From positions 284,924 to 348,923 of IMG/VR virus record IMGVR_UViG_3300014494_000005: a stretch of 64,000 nucleotides of DNA. One strand, written 5' to 3'. Shown here piece by piece: positions 28,127-37,542 of this stretch. A program made the position numbers and the translations under genes. The notes under the pieces are model-generated. The model had not been told where the DNA came from and searched no databases. It was given only the letters and a program-made list of their open reading frames with translations. Every line of letters starts with the position of its first letter. The stretch's first letter is position 1.

Positions 28127-28561
28127 TTATAAACAATAACCTTTATCTGCCCACCATTCCAATAAATCAGGTTGTGTAAGTTTATAAAGTTCATTATTGC
28201 ATTCCATTTTTAAAACCATTTGATTATATGCTGCATAAGCAGTTATACAAGTTTCGCCACAAAATCCTACTTTTTTGGATAAATATTCTAAGAATTCACT
28301 TGCTAATTCTGGTAAATCTTCCATTGGTATTTCCATCATTTTTATCGCCACATCTACCGCACGGTCACTACCAATAACAACATTTGATTGTGAGCTTTGT
28401 GGTTTATTTATTCCTAACAACAATTGATTATATGCTTCATCCAAAGCACTAATAAAATGGTATTCCTTTAAAGTTTTAATTGTTTCGCATTCAATAATTG
28501 TTGTACCAATTACATTACCTTCCTTGTCAATGATTTCCATTTTTACTTTACAATTTTTCAT
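28127..28561 (-). CDS. hypothetical protein
   Basis: ORF track. Confidence 0.75.
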   Translation of the reverse strand: MKNCKVKMEIIDKEGNVIGTTIIECETIKTLKEYHFISALDEAYNQLLLGINKPQSSQSNVVIGSDRAVDVAIKMMEIPMEDLPELASEFLEYLSKKVGFCGETCITAYAAYNQMVLKMECNNELYKLTQPDLLEWWADKGYCL

Positions 28562-28583
28562 AATTTTATATTATTTTCTCATG

Positions 28584-28666
28584 CAAATATATAAAAAAAT
28601 CTCATATCAACATCTATTATTTAAATTATTTTTATATATTTGCAACAATTTTAATTAATATTCGTA
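28584..28666. promoter_or_regulatory. divergent promoter region: Bacteroidota -7 TAnnTTTG on both strands plus an ECF-type promoter
   Basis: CAAATATA 28584-91 (-); TATATTTG 28635-42 (+); TGCAAC 28641-N16-CGTA. Other TAnnTTTG at 18315, 29953, 31341 (+) and 52000, 60436, 60974 (-). Confidence 0.75.
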
Positions 28667-28711
28667 TTATTACATACATAGCAAATATTTAAATTTATAA
28701 AACTAAAAAAT

Positions 28712-29329
28712 ATGTTTAAAAAATGTAAGGTATTTATGCTTCCTACTGATGAAAAAAGCAAATTATTTATTGGTAAAATATCCGGTCAATTACATGATTT
28801 AGCTATTGCTGATAATGATGAATCCACAATTAATCAACATCTTTATATTATTTCAGATGAAGAAATAAAAGAAAGTGATTATGTATATGAAAATAATTTA
28901 AATAATAATCATATATATCAAGTATATAAAAGAAACGATGAACTTGGAATTTTTAGATTTCAAAATGTTTGGATTAAATTAAATAAATCTGGTTGTAAAA
29001 AGGTTATTGCTACAACAGATAAATCATTAAATCTTCCCGAACCTTCTCAATCATTCATTCAAAAATATATATCTGAATATAATAAAGGCAATATTATAAC
29101 TGAAATTTTGGTTGAATATGAAGAAATTGTAAAACCGAAAAATTGTTCTGACTTTTATAATGAATGTTTTATTAATGTTGATTCTAAAAATAACACCATC
29201 ACTATTAAAAAAGTAAAGAATTGTTGGAATAGAGAAGAAGTGATTAAATTACTTGATGATTTTGATACTGATTTTGGAGATACAACAAAAGAACAATTTA
29301 ATAAATGGATTGAAGAAAATTTATATTAA
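28712..29329 (+). CDS. conserved hypothetical protein of Bacteroidota phages
   Basis: MLPT...QHLYIISDEEIK...KKVIATTD...FIQKYI.EYNKG pattern. Confidence 0.85.
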   Translation: MFKKCKVFMLPTDEKSKLFIGKISGQLHDLAIADNDESTINQHLYIISDEEIKESDYVYENNLNNNHIYQVYKRNDELGIFRFQNVWIKLNKSGCKKVIATTDKSLNLPEPSQSFIQKYISEYNKGNIITEILVEYEEIVKPKNCSDFYNECFINVDSKNNTITIKKVKNCWNREEVIKLLDDFDTDFGDTTKEQFNKWIEENLY

Positions 29330-29392
29330 ATAATATGAATAACAAAATCTTTACACCTGAATTTCTAAAAGAAATTGGATTTATTTTAGTTT

Positions 29393-29626
29393 ATGAAAAA
29401 GATAAGTGAATATAAGCCAAATAAACCCTATGGTTGTGCAGTAGATAAAATAGGTATGACACATATATATTGGAATGAAGAAGGCAATTCTTGTACATAT
29501 TCAGGTAAGAAATTAGAACCAAATGTATCAATGTCAATTCGTAAAGATGCTGATACAAGATATGCTTTTAATGGATATGTTTTTAATCAAGATGATGTTC
29601 GTAGGTTATTAAAACTTACTTACTAG
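29393..29626 (+). CDS. hypothetical protein
   Basis: ORF track. Confidence 0.75.
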   Translation: MKKISEYKPNKPYGCAVDKIGMTHIYWNEEGNSCTYSGKKLEPNVSMSIRKDADTRYAFNGYVFNQDDVRRLLKLTY

Positions 29627-29647
29627 TTCAACTAAAATTCGTGATAG

Positions 29648-29973
29648 ATGTTTTATGTAGGTGGTCATAAAGTATATTTAGATAAACTAGAACCAAATGT
29701 TTGGAGATATTCTGATACGAATGCTTTTGTAAAAGATGAATGGAAATTTAGAAAATGTCCTAGATGTAATGAACCACCAACAAAAGATGGTCATGATGCT
29801 TGTATTGCATTGCTTGTTGCGGTCATGGCATAGGTAATGGTCAGAGATATGTTTATTTTGAATCTGGTGAAATAATTCGAGATTCAGACCCAAAATTTAA
29901 AAATATATTAAATGAATTAAGAAATAAACGTAACAATTATTATAATTTTTCGTATATTTGCATAATTAATTAA
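29648..29973 (+). pseudogene. frameshifted Cys/His-motif gene
   Basis: GHDACI in one frame, ACCGHG (29812-29829) in another frame open to 29973. Confidence 0.6.
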
Positions 29974-29998
29974 TATAATCTTATTATTTTAAGTCGTT

Positions 29999-31300
29999 AT
30001 GAAGAAAACAATAAAAGATTTTACACCTGAAATTCAAAGTAAAATTCCTGAATACATTACTAAATATACTAAAGGAATTGATAATGGTGAAAGATATTAT
30101 AATTTTAAATTTGAAAATGCTGAAAAACTAATTAATTGGAATTATGAAAAATGTGGTTTTAAAAAACCTGTTGTTTTGGTTGTTGAAAATATTTATGAAC
30201 AACAAATATTTTTTAATTTTATTGTCGCAAATAAAGAAAAGTATTTTCCAATTCTTTATTTGATATATAATCTAAAAAATAATATGAATGACGAAATAAA
30301 AAAATTTATTAAAAATTTAAAAAAGAAAAACAAGGGCAATACACTCTACAATACACTCGACAATACACTCGACAATACACTACGCAATACACTCTACAAT
30401 ACACTCGACAATACACTCTACAATACACTACGCAATACACTCTACAATACACTCGACAATACACTCTACAATACACTACGCAATACACTCTACAATACAC
30501 TACGCAATACACTACGCAATACACTCTACAATACACTCGACAATACACTCGACAATACACTAAAAGTCTATAATAATTTATATTTATTTACAACAAATGT
30601 TTATTCAAATGCTATATTAGCTTGGTGGAAATTTATTAAAGATGAATTTAAAATTGATTGTGGAGAAATTGGAATTACTTTGGATTCTTGGAATGATATG
30701 TATTTAGAATCTGGTGTATATTCAACAATATTTTCTGAATTATTATGTGTTGTTTCAAAATATCCTAAAAAGATATGTAGAGATAATAATAACAATTTAC
30801 ATAATACAAATGGTTTAGCTGTTGAATGGGGATATATTATTGAAGAAACAAAATTTGATTGTTATTATATTCATGGTAGACAAATGCCTAAACAGATTTT
30901 CGAAAAATATCAAAATAATTTATTAACAAAAGCAGATTTTATTAATGAAACTAATGAAGACGTTAGGGGTGGAATATACGAAATAATTGAAAGCAAAGGA
31001 GAGGGTGAAATGATGAAATTTCTTGGAGCAATTGAGGTGGACAGAAAAACGATTAAACATGCAAAAGGAAATGAAGAATTTATATTATATAAAACCAAAG
31101 AAGTTTTTAATGAAGAACAAGATTTAAATGATAAATCTCCTGCAGCTTTGGCTTGGTTAAAAATGACTTGTCCAAGTACAGGACAGAATTATTTAATACC
31201 AACTGATAGTAGTTTTACAAATTGTATTGATGCTGCTAAATATCATAGACCTGATGAAATACCAAAAGAATTAGAATATTTTTGGAATAGTAGAAATTAA
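29999..31300 (+). CDS. DUF6745-like protein with NTL[Y/D/R] tetrapeptide repeats
   Basis: LHNTNGLAVEWG...YIHG...CPSTGQNY C-terminal pattern (recalled). Confidence 0.7.
   Translation: MKKTIKDFTPEIQSKIPEYITKYTKGIDNGERYYNFKFENAEKLINWNYEKCGFKKPVVLVVENIYEQQIFFNFIVANKEKYFPILYLIYNLKNNMNDEIKKFIKNLKKKNKGNTLYNTLDNTLDNTLRNTLYNTLDNTLYNTLRNTLYNTLDNTLYNTLRNTLYNTLRNTLRNTLYNTLDNTLDNTLKVYNNLYLFTTNVYSNAILAWWKFIKDEFKIDCGEIGITLDSWNDMYLESGVYSTIFSELLCVVSKYPKKICRDNNNNLHNTNGLAVEWGYIIEETKFDCYYIHGRQMPKQIFEKYQNNLLTKADFINETNEDVRGGIYEIIESKGEGEMMKFLGAIEVDRKTIKHAKGNEEFILYKTKEVFNEEQDLNDKSPAALAWLKMTCPSTGQNYLIPTDSSFTNCIDAAKYHRPDEIPKELEYFWNSRN
30338..30565 (+). repeat. 19 x 12-bp coding tandem repeat
   Basis: AATACACTCTAC x7, AATACACTCGAC x6, AATACACTACGC x5, AATACACTAAAA x1. 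Confidence 0.95.
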
Positions 31301-31379
31301 AAATAATTATAAATAATAGTTAATATTAAAAATAATTAATTATATTTGCTTTTTAAAATTACAAATAAATAATAAAAAT

Positions 31380-31769
31380 ATGAAAAATTTAAATTTCATG
31401 AATCAATTCGCTGGACATCAAGGAGATATCCAAATATTTTCAATAAGTAGACTTCCAAAAGGAATTAAGAAAATTGAAAAAACATTTTTAGCAAAATCGG
31501 AAAAGTCTGGTCATTGCCATGCAATGTGTGGTGATTATAATCTCTATGAATTAGAAAAAGATGGCGGTTTTGTAATTGAAGTAGGAACTGATGGTTGTAC
31601 TTTAAATCATACCAGAGTTGAAAATCTCACGCCTGAATATTGGAATAAAAATCAAATAACTGAAATTGCTGACCATAAACCAACGATTCTTGAAAAAGGC
31701 TTGTATTTCATTGGAATACAAAAAAGAAAGAAACATTTCTCAAAATTATGGGAAAAAGTTATAGATTAG
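31380..31769 (+). CDS. small His-rich partner of DUF6745-like protein
   Basis: HQGDI...SGHCH...H...HKP..L.KG.Y; usual downstream neighbour of this family (recalled). Confidence 0.7.
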   Translation: MKNLNFMNQFAGHQGDIQIFSISRLPKGIKKIEKTFLAKSEKSGHCHAMCGDYNLYELEKDGGFVIEVGTDGCTLNHTRVENLTPEYWNKNQITEIADHKPTILEKGLYFIGIQKRKKHFSKLWEKVID

Positions 31770-31802
31770 TATAATAAAAAAATCCCAATATTTTAAATTA
31801 TT

Positions 31803-31830
31803 AAAACTCCATAAATTTTATGGAGTTTTT
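31803..31830 (+). terminator. intrinsic terminator
   Basis: AAAACTCCATAAA/TTTATGGAGTTTT. Confidence 0.8.
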
Positions 31831-31866
31831 TGTATTGATGTACAGCATTTATATTAAATTCATAAC

Positions 31867-32706
31867 ATGAAATACAATGGCGAATTAAAAATAATTGATA
31901 CACAAGAAAAAGCATATTTACTTGGATTTTTATATGGCGATGGTTGTATTTCATATTCTTTCACTAAATCAAATACAGAATCATTTTCAACCAATTTAAA
32001 TATTAGTGAAATTGATGTTGAAACTATTTTAAATTTAAAAGAATGTTTTCCTTTTTTTAATTTTAATATGGGATATTGTAATAAACATAATAAAAATCAT
32101 AATAAACAAGTGGTAATAAGAAAATTATCTAAAGAATTATATAATGACCTTATGTTACATGGTATGTATCCAAGAAAATCGTTTGAAAATGCACCAAAAT
32201 TAAAAATTCCTAATATTGATGATAATTTAATGTCTCATTTTATTAGAGGATTTTTTGATGCTGATGGTACTGTATGTAACATAGCAAAAAGAAAAAATTT
32301 AATATATATTGGATTTTCGTCAGTAGCATATAATTTTCTAAATGAAATTAATTTATATTTAAAAAATAAGAATATTAATTCGTGGAAAATAAGTTCAGTT
32401 ATTCCTAAAATTAAAAATAGACAAATTTGTTATAATTTAATATTTCATAAAACTTTTGAAATACTTAAATTGATTAATTTTATGTATAAAGACGCTAATA
32501 TTAGTTTAAAAAGAAAGGCAAATAAATGTTTACAATATAAACCCATTAATAAAGTTATTGATAGAAATATTACTTGTCCTAAATGTAATAGTAATAAAAC
32601 TTGGTCACATGGAATCAGAAATAAATCAAACGAATATTTATGTAAAAATTGCGGAAAATATTTTCGAATAAAACAAAAACTTAATCAATATTTTGTAACA
32701 TATTAA
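31867..32706 (+). CDS. free-standing LAGLIDADG endonuclease with C-terminal zinc ribbon
   Basis: YLLGFLYGDG and FIRGFFDADG; CPKC...CKNC. Confidence 0.9.
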   Translation: MKYNGELKIIDTQEKAYLLGFLYGDGCISYSFTKSNTESFSTNLNISEIDVETILNLKECFPFFNFNMGYCNKHNKNHNKQVVIRKLSKELYNDLMLHGMYPRKSFENAPKLKIPNIDDNLMSHFIRGFFDADGTVCNIAKRKNLIYIGFSSVAYNFLNEINLYLKNKNINSWKISSVIPKIKNRQICYNLIFHKTFEILKLINFMYKDANISLKRKANKCLQYKPINKVIDRNITCPKCNSNKTWSHGIRNKSNEYLCKNCGKYFRIKQKLNQYFVTY

Positions 32707-32766
32707 TTTATTTTTCGTATTATATGTCAAAGAGAAACGTAGTATTAACCAAAAAACGCAAATAAT

Positions 32767-35070
32767 ATGAAATATGGTGTTAATAATTATTCAGATGTTG
32801 AAACACTAACAACAACAGAAGAAAGAGAAATTACATTATCATCAGACTGCCAATCAATTATTTTTCAAATGTTTTCTAAAAATATTTATAGTAATCCTAT
32901 TGGGAGTGTTGTACGTGAAATAACTTCAAATAGTTTTGATTCGCATATCGAAGCAAAAGTCAATGCACCTGTTTTAATTAAAAGAGGTTATGACAAACAA
33001 ACTAATAGTTATTATATTTCTTTTATTGATTATGGGGTTGGTATGTCACCAAAACGTATTGAAAAGGTGTTTTCTGTTATGTTTAATAGTACTAAACGTA
33101 TTGATAATGAACAAATTGGTTGCTTCGGCTTGGGGTCCAAAACCCCTCTGGCTTATAAGCGTAGTACTGGTTTTGGAGAAGGAGAATATGATAATTCTTA
33201 TTCTATTATTACAATATTTAATAAAATTAAATACATATATCAAATATATGAAGGTAAAAATTCTCCTAAAATATCTTTATTGCACAGCGAATCCGTGAAC
33301 GAACACAACGGTACTGAAATTCGTATACCTGTATTAGAGAAAGACCTACAGACATTTGCAAAAGAAATGGTACGTCAACTCTATTATTTTGAAAACGTTA
33401 TTTTTGAAGGTTTTGATAAAGACGAAAGTCATTATGAAGAAACTTTGACAAATGAATATCAAATTATCAGGGGTAAATCTTTCTTATTCAGAGGAAGTGA
33501 ATACAGCGAAAAAATGCACGTATGTTTAGGCAGGGTTGCATATCCGATAGACTATACTGTACTTGGTTTAAGTTCAGGTGATTATTACCTTCCAGTTGCA
33601 GTAAAACTTGAAGTAGGAGAAATAGGTGTAACAGTATCGAGAGAAAGTCTGGATTACAGTGAAACTACGATTAAGATATTAAAGAAGAAATTGGAAGCAG
33701 CAAAGAAAGAAATTATGGAATTAATCACCAAGCAGTATCAGAATGTACAGACATTGGAAGATTACTTTAATGTAAAACATAATTTTGGTGTATTGATTTT
33801 CAGTAATGGTAGCAGTATTAATACTGGCAATCTTATTAAACAATCTGATGTTGATTTCTCAAATTTCAAATACAGTTTTATGAAGATGCCTTCTGACAGG
33901 CATTTGTTTAAGTTCTTTTTCAAGTCTCGTACTTATGGTAAGAAACCCCGCAAAAGTCGTTATAGTAATAATGGTTATGAATTTGACGGTGGTTATGATG
34001 AATTACAAAAGAATAAAAACTTATTATATTTTGAAGATACTTTTGTTCGCAAGATTGTTAAGCAAGCATATTTAAAGTCTTTGTATGAAATGTATCATAT
34101 TATTGAAAAACGCAATATTGCTGATAATTGCTTGCGTCATGAAATTGCTGAACTTTTTAATGTAGCAATTGATAATACTTGTGATGCTAACGGCAAACCA
34201 ATTGCTTATGTTCAGACCTTGCTTGAAATGCAGGAAGAATATTTTGAAATTGTACGCAAGTATGCACAGGATTATGATAAAATAGAAGTACCGGAAGATT
34301 TTGTAATTGACAGAAAGAAAAACTCAATGTCCAAAGACTTACGTAATACAACTATTCCTGTTAAGTTCGTAGGTGGATATTCAAAATACAGAATTAAACT
34401 TGAAAATCTTTTTGATTATAATTGTCCGATTTTCTATGGCAATCAGGGTGATGAAACTAAATTGCATGAAATCTATAGAATATTCACAACATTATTTGGT
34501 GAAGATATTCCAGTTACTTTTTACAGTGATTATGACCATCAGTTTGAAAATAGAAGGTCTGGCAAGTCAAATAAGAAAAGTATAATGTTCATCATATTGG
34601 CTGAAAACAACCTTAAATATATGCAGTATTGCAAGAAAGCATATAAGATAGACCAGTTCTTTCAGAAGATATTGTACAGGAAATCTGATGCTGTTATGCA
34701 GTATTTTCAAACCAATAATATTATCGAAAAATTTCGTAGCATTCAGGAATTATATACAAGCAAATCATTTATCAAAATAGATACCAAATGGGGTAAGAAA
34801 ATAAATGATATAAAAGCCAGTATTGATGCAATTCCTGCAAAAGGTAGAGAAGATAAGATTGGTGGTATTAAACCGTATTTATCTACTTATTTTGACTTGT
34901 CAAATATAAAAATGACTGCAGTACAAAAGAAATTGGAAAAGCAAATTGACGAAGTTCTGGCATTACAGGCAAAGAATGAAAAGGTTTTACAGTACATTAA
35001 TTTACCATATAGAATTGAAAGTCTTGATGATAAATTAATTACCATCTTACAAGTAGTAATGGAATTTTAA
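32767..35070 (+). CDS. rIIA: rIIA-like protein (GHKL/HSP90-type ATPase N-terminus)
   Basis: VVREITSNSFD, DYGVGMS, GCFGLG.K, NGTEI; 767 aa; rIIB-like gene downstream. Confidence 0.85.
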   Translation: MKYGVNNYSDVETLTTTEEREITLSSDCQSIIFQMFSKNIYSNPIGSVVREITSNSFDSHIEAKVNAPVLIKRGYDKQTNSYYISFIDYGVGMSPKRIEKVFSVMFNSTKRIDNEQIGCFGLGSKTPLAYKRSTGFGEGEYDNSYSIITIFNKIKYIYQIYEGKNSPKISLLHSESVNEHNGTEIRIPVLEKDLQTFAKEMVRQLYYFENVIFEGFDKDESHYEETLTNEYQIIRGKSFLFRGSEYSEKMHVCLGRVAYPIDYTVLGLSSGDYYLPVAVKLEVGEIGVTVSRESLDYSETTIKILKKKLEAAKKEIMELITKQYQNVQTLEDYFNVKHNFGVLIFSNGSSINTGNLIKQSDVDFSNFKYSFMKMPSDRHLFKFFFKSRTYGKKPRKSRYSNNGYEFDGGYDELQKNKNLLYFEDTFVRKIVKQAYLKSLYEMYHIIEKRNIADNCLRHEIAELFNVAIDNTCDANGKPIAYVQTLLEMQEEYFEIVRKYAQDYDKIEVPEDFVIDRKKNSMSKDLRNTTIPVKFVGGYSKYRIKLENLFDYNCPIFYGNQGDETKLHEIYRIFTTLFGEDIPVTFYSDYDHQFENRRSGKSNKKSIMFIILAENNLKYMQYCKKAYKIDQFFQKILYRKSDAVMQYFQTNNIIEKFRSIQELYTSKSFIKIDTKWGKKINDIKASIDAIPAKGREDKIGGIKPYLSTYFDLSNIKMTAVQKKLEKQIDEVLALQAKNEKVLQYINLPYRIESLDDKLITILQVVMEF

Positions 35071-35081
35071 TAAAAGTAATT

Positions 35082-35528
35082 ATGGAAACTGTTGTTGCCA
35101 AGATATTCAAAGATTTAACTGATGTTGGTATTAATAAAGCAATGGGATATTTGCCTTTAAATACAATTGTTCAATATGGTAGTGATGTACAGATATTTAT
35201 TGATTGGGCAAATGCTTCAAACCTACATTTTGAATTAGCAAGTGAAAATAAATCTAAGGTTTGGTCTGGAGCATTATTTATTTGGGATGACAAAATGCTT
35301 ACAGAAATACTTGAAAAGTATAAAACAATATTAATGGAAGCAAAAATTCCTACAACTCCCAATGAATATGTTAATCATATTATAAGAAAGACAGTATTTT
35401 ATGATAATTTTCCTCTGGCATTTATTGTAATTGGCTTTACTTTTAATGATAGCAGATTTACTGGCAAGGGTGATAATCTTGAGGAAATTAGTAGGGAATT
35501 TGATAAAATTTATTATAAAAGAAAATAA
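35082..35528 (+). CDS. hypothetical protein
   Basis: ORF track. Confidence 0.8.
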   Translation: METVVAKIFKDLTDVGINKAMGYLPLNTIVQYGSDVQIFIDWANASNLHFELASENKSKVWSGALFIWDDKMLTEILEKYKTILMEAKIPTTPNEYVNHIIRKTVFYDNFPLAFIVIGFTFNDSRFTGKGDNLEEISREFDKIYYKRK

Positions 35529-35588
35529 TAAATAGTTTTAATAATATATTCAAAAATAATTTGTATAATTGCATATTATTTAATAATT

Positions 35589-36023
35589 ATGGAAGAAACA
35601 TTAATTTCACTGAAAACAGCTAAATTAGCTAAAGAAAAATTATTCAATATAATAACTAGTAACAAATATCTTAAAGTTGGTGGAGTACAATTTTTATGTG
35701 AATATGACTCGCTTGCTAATAGTTATTATTGTCCTTTATTAAATGACCATATAATTGAATATGATGAATCTATTAATGTCTCTAATCAGTCATTACTTCA
35801 AAAGTGGTTACGAGAAGTACATAATCTTCATGTTATTATTCAACCTGAATTTTATACCACAGGAATAAATTATTGTGTTCAGGTTCTTTGTTATGCACCT
35901 GAATTAGAAGATTGTGAAGACAATAATAAATGCACTGGTATGTATGGTGATAATGGTGAATATCCAACATATGAAGAAGCATTGGAATTTGGGTTACAAT
36001 TAGCATTAAATTTGATTAAATAA
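35589..36023 (+). CDS. tandem paralog 1 of 4
   Basis: ISLKTAKLAKEK...QSLLQKWLREVH...YEEALE.GL. Confidence 0.85.
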   Translation: MEETLISLKTAKLAKEKLFNIITSNKYLKVGGVQFLCEYDSLANSYYCPLLNDHIIEYDESINVSNQSLLQKWLREVHNLHVIIQPEFYTTGINYCVQVLCYAPELEDCEDNNKCTGMYGDNGEYPTYEEALEFGLQLALNLIK

Positions 36024-36025
36024 TT

Positions 36026-36436
36026 ATGAAAGAAACATTAATTACACTGAAAACCGCAGTTTTAGCAAATGAAAAAGGTTTTTATGAATATAATGGTTGT
36101 GAATCTTGCTATCACAATAATGAATTGAAAAGATGGTGTTCAATAACAGGATTTTATGAAGATTATATATTAGCACCGACACAGAGTTTGTTACAAAAAT
36201 ACTTAAGAGAAAAACATAACATTTTTGTTTTTATAAATAATGGCTATAATCCTTATTTAAGTTGTGATACAATTATTTTTGAATATCAAATATTTTATAT
36301 AACAAAAAGAAAAGAAAATCAATTTGTTGGAGATAATTGTCATCATTTAGATTCACAAAAAAGAGATTATAATACTTATGAAGAAGCATTAGAAGCTGGA
36401 TTATATCAGGGATTACTTTTAATCAAAAAATTATGA
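36026..36436 (+). CDS. tandem paralog 2 of 4
   Basis: same three motifs. Confidence 0.85.
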   Translation: MKETLITLKTAVLANEKGFYEYNGCESCYHNNELKRWCSITGFYEDYILAPTQSLLQKYLREKHNIFVFINNGYNPYLSCDTIIFEYQIFYITKRKENQFVGDNCHHLDSQKRDYNTYEEALEAGLYQGLLLIKKL

Positions 36437-36801
36437 GAGAACAATTAATTTCATATAATACTGCAGTATTGGCAAAAGAAAAAGGATTTCCACAAAAACA
36501 ATATTATATCTATGTTATTTCAAAAAATAAAAGAAAAAAACCATATCTAACTGATATAAATGCTTGTCATTTTTCTCCAGAAAGAACTTATTATTCTTCA
36601 ACACAAACATTACTTTCAAAATGGTTAAGAGAAAAACACGATATCATAATCGAGATTCAATTTGATACAATAACATTTGGATATAGAATATTTAATCCAT
36701 TTAAAGTTTCTGATTATTTTACTGATTGGAAATATGATAAATGGAGTTATGAAGAAGCACTGGAAGAAGGTTTATATCAAGGACTATTATTAATTAAATA
36801 A
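36433..36801 (+). CDS. tandem paralog 3 of 4
   Basis: same three motifs. Confidence 0.85.
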   Translation: MREQLISYNTAVLAKEKGFPQKQYYIYVISKNKRKKPYLTDINACHFSPERTYYSSTQTLLSKWLREKHDIIIEIQFDTITFGYRIFNPFKVSDYFTDWKYDKWSYEEALEEGLYQGLLLIK

Positions 36802-36803
36802 CT

Positions 36804-37229
36804 ATGAAAGAAGAATTTATTTCTTTGAAAACCGCTAAATTAGTTAAAGAAAAAAGATTTAATATATATGTAAATTCTTATTATATAGAGTATATCAAAA
36901 CACAAAAATCAGACAATCCTTCTTTCAAAATGAAAAAAGGAGAAGTTGAAATAGATTCGAATTATTTTGCTAATGGAGATAATACAACAGGTGATTTTTC
37001 TTGTGATAATTATATTTGTTATGCAAGACCAACACAGGCATTGTTGCAACGTTGGTTAAGAGAAGTACATAACATTAATGTAATTTCTTATCCTTCTGCA
37101 GTTTTTAATAAAAAATATATTTATTTGTTATTATCTGATTTAGAATTAATAGAAGAAGGTGATATAAAATATGATTCTTATGAACAAGCACTTGAAGCAG
37201 GATTATATAAGGCATTATTATTAATTTAA
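36804..37229 (+). CDS. tandem paralog 4 of 4
   Basis: same three motifs. Confidence 0.85.
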   Translation: MKEEFISLKTAKLVKEKRFNIYVNSYYIEYIKTQKSDNPSFKMKKGEVEIDSNYFANGDNTTGDFSCDNYICYARPTQALLQRWLREVHNINVISYPSAVFNKKYIYLLLSDLELIEEGDIKYDSYEQALEAGLYKALLLI

Positions 37230-37233
37230 TTAA

Positions 37234-37449
37234 ATGGAACATATTTTAAGACAAGGAGAAATTGGATTACGACAAGATTTATTAATATATAATAAAGAAT
37301 ATCATCTTTGGAAAAGAGGTAAATATTTAGGTATTGCAACATATACTGATGACCCTAATATTGGAGATTCTTTTTTAAATGGAATAACAAATGATACTAA
37401 TGAAGATTGTTTTCAAGTATATATTGCAGATGAATGGAAATTTGTTTAA
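37234..37449 (+). CDS. hypothetical protein
   Basis: ORF track. Confidence 0.75.
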   Translation: MEHILRQGEIGLRQDLLIYNKEYHLWKRGKYLGIATYTDDPNIGDSFLNGITNDTNEDCFQVYIADEWKFV

Positions 37450-37542
37450 AATGAATAATAATTTAATATTTTTGTAACATATTCAAATATTATTCGTATC
37501 ATTGCAAAGAGAAACATAATTTATTAACTTAATAAAATTAAA

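Noticed and set aside
30309-30560. Minus-strand ORF of VYCR/VYCV repeats
   Set aside because: Shadow of the 12-bp repeat inside the 433-aa plus-strand gene.
30338-30565. Diversity-generating retroelement
   Set aside because: No reverse transcriptase or template/variable repeat pair; variation is by unit order, not adenine-specific.
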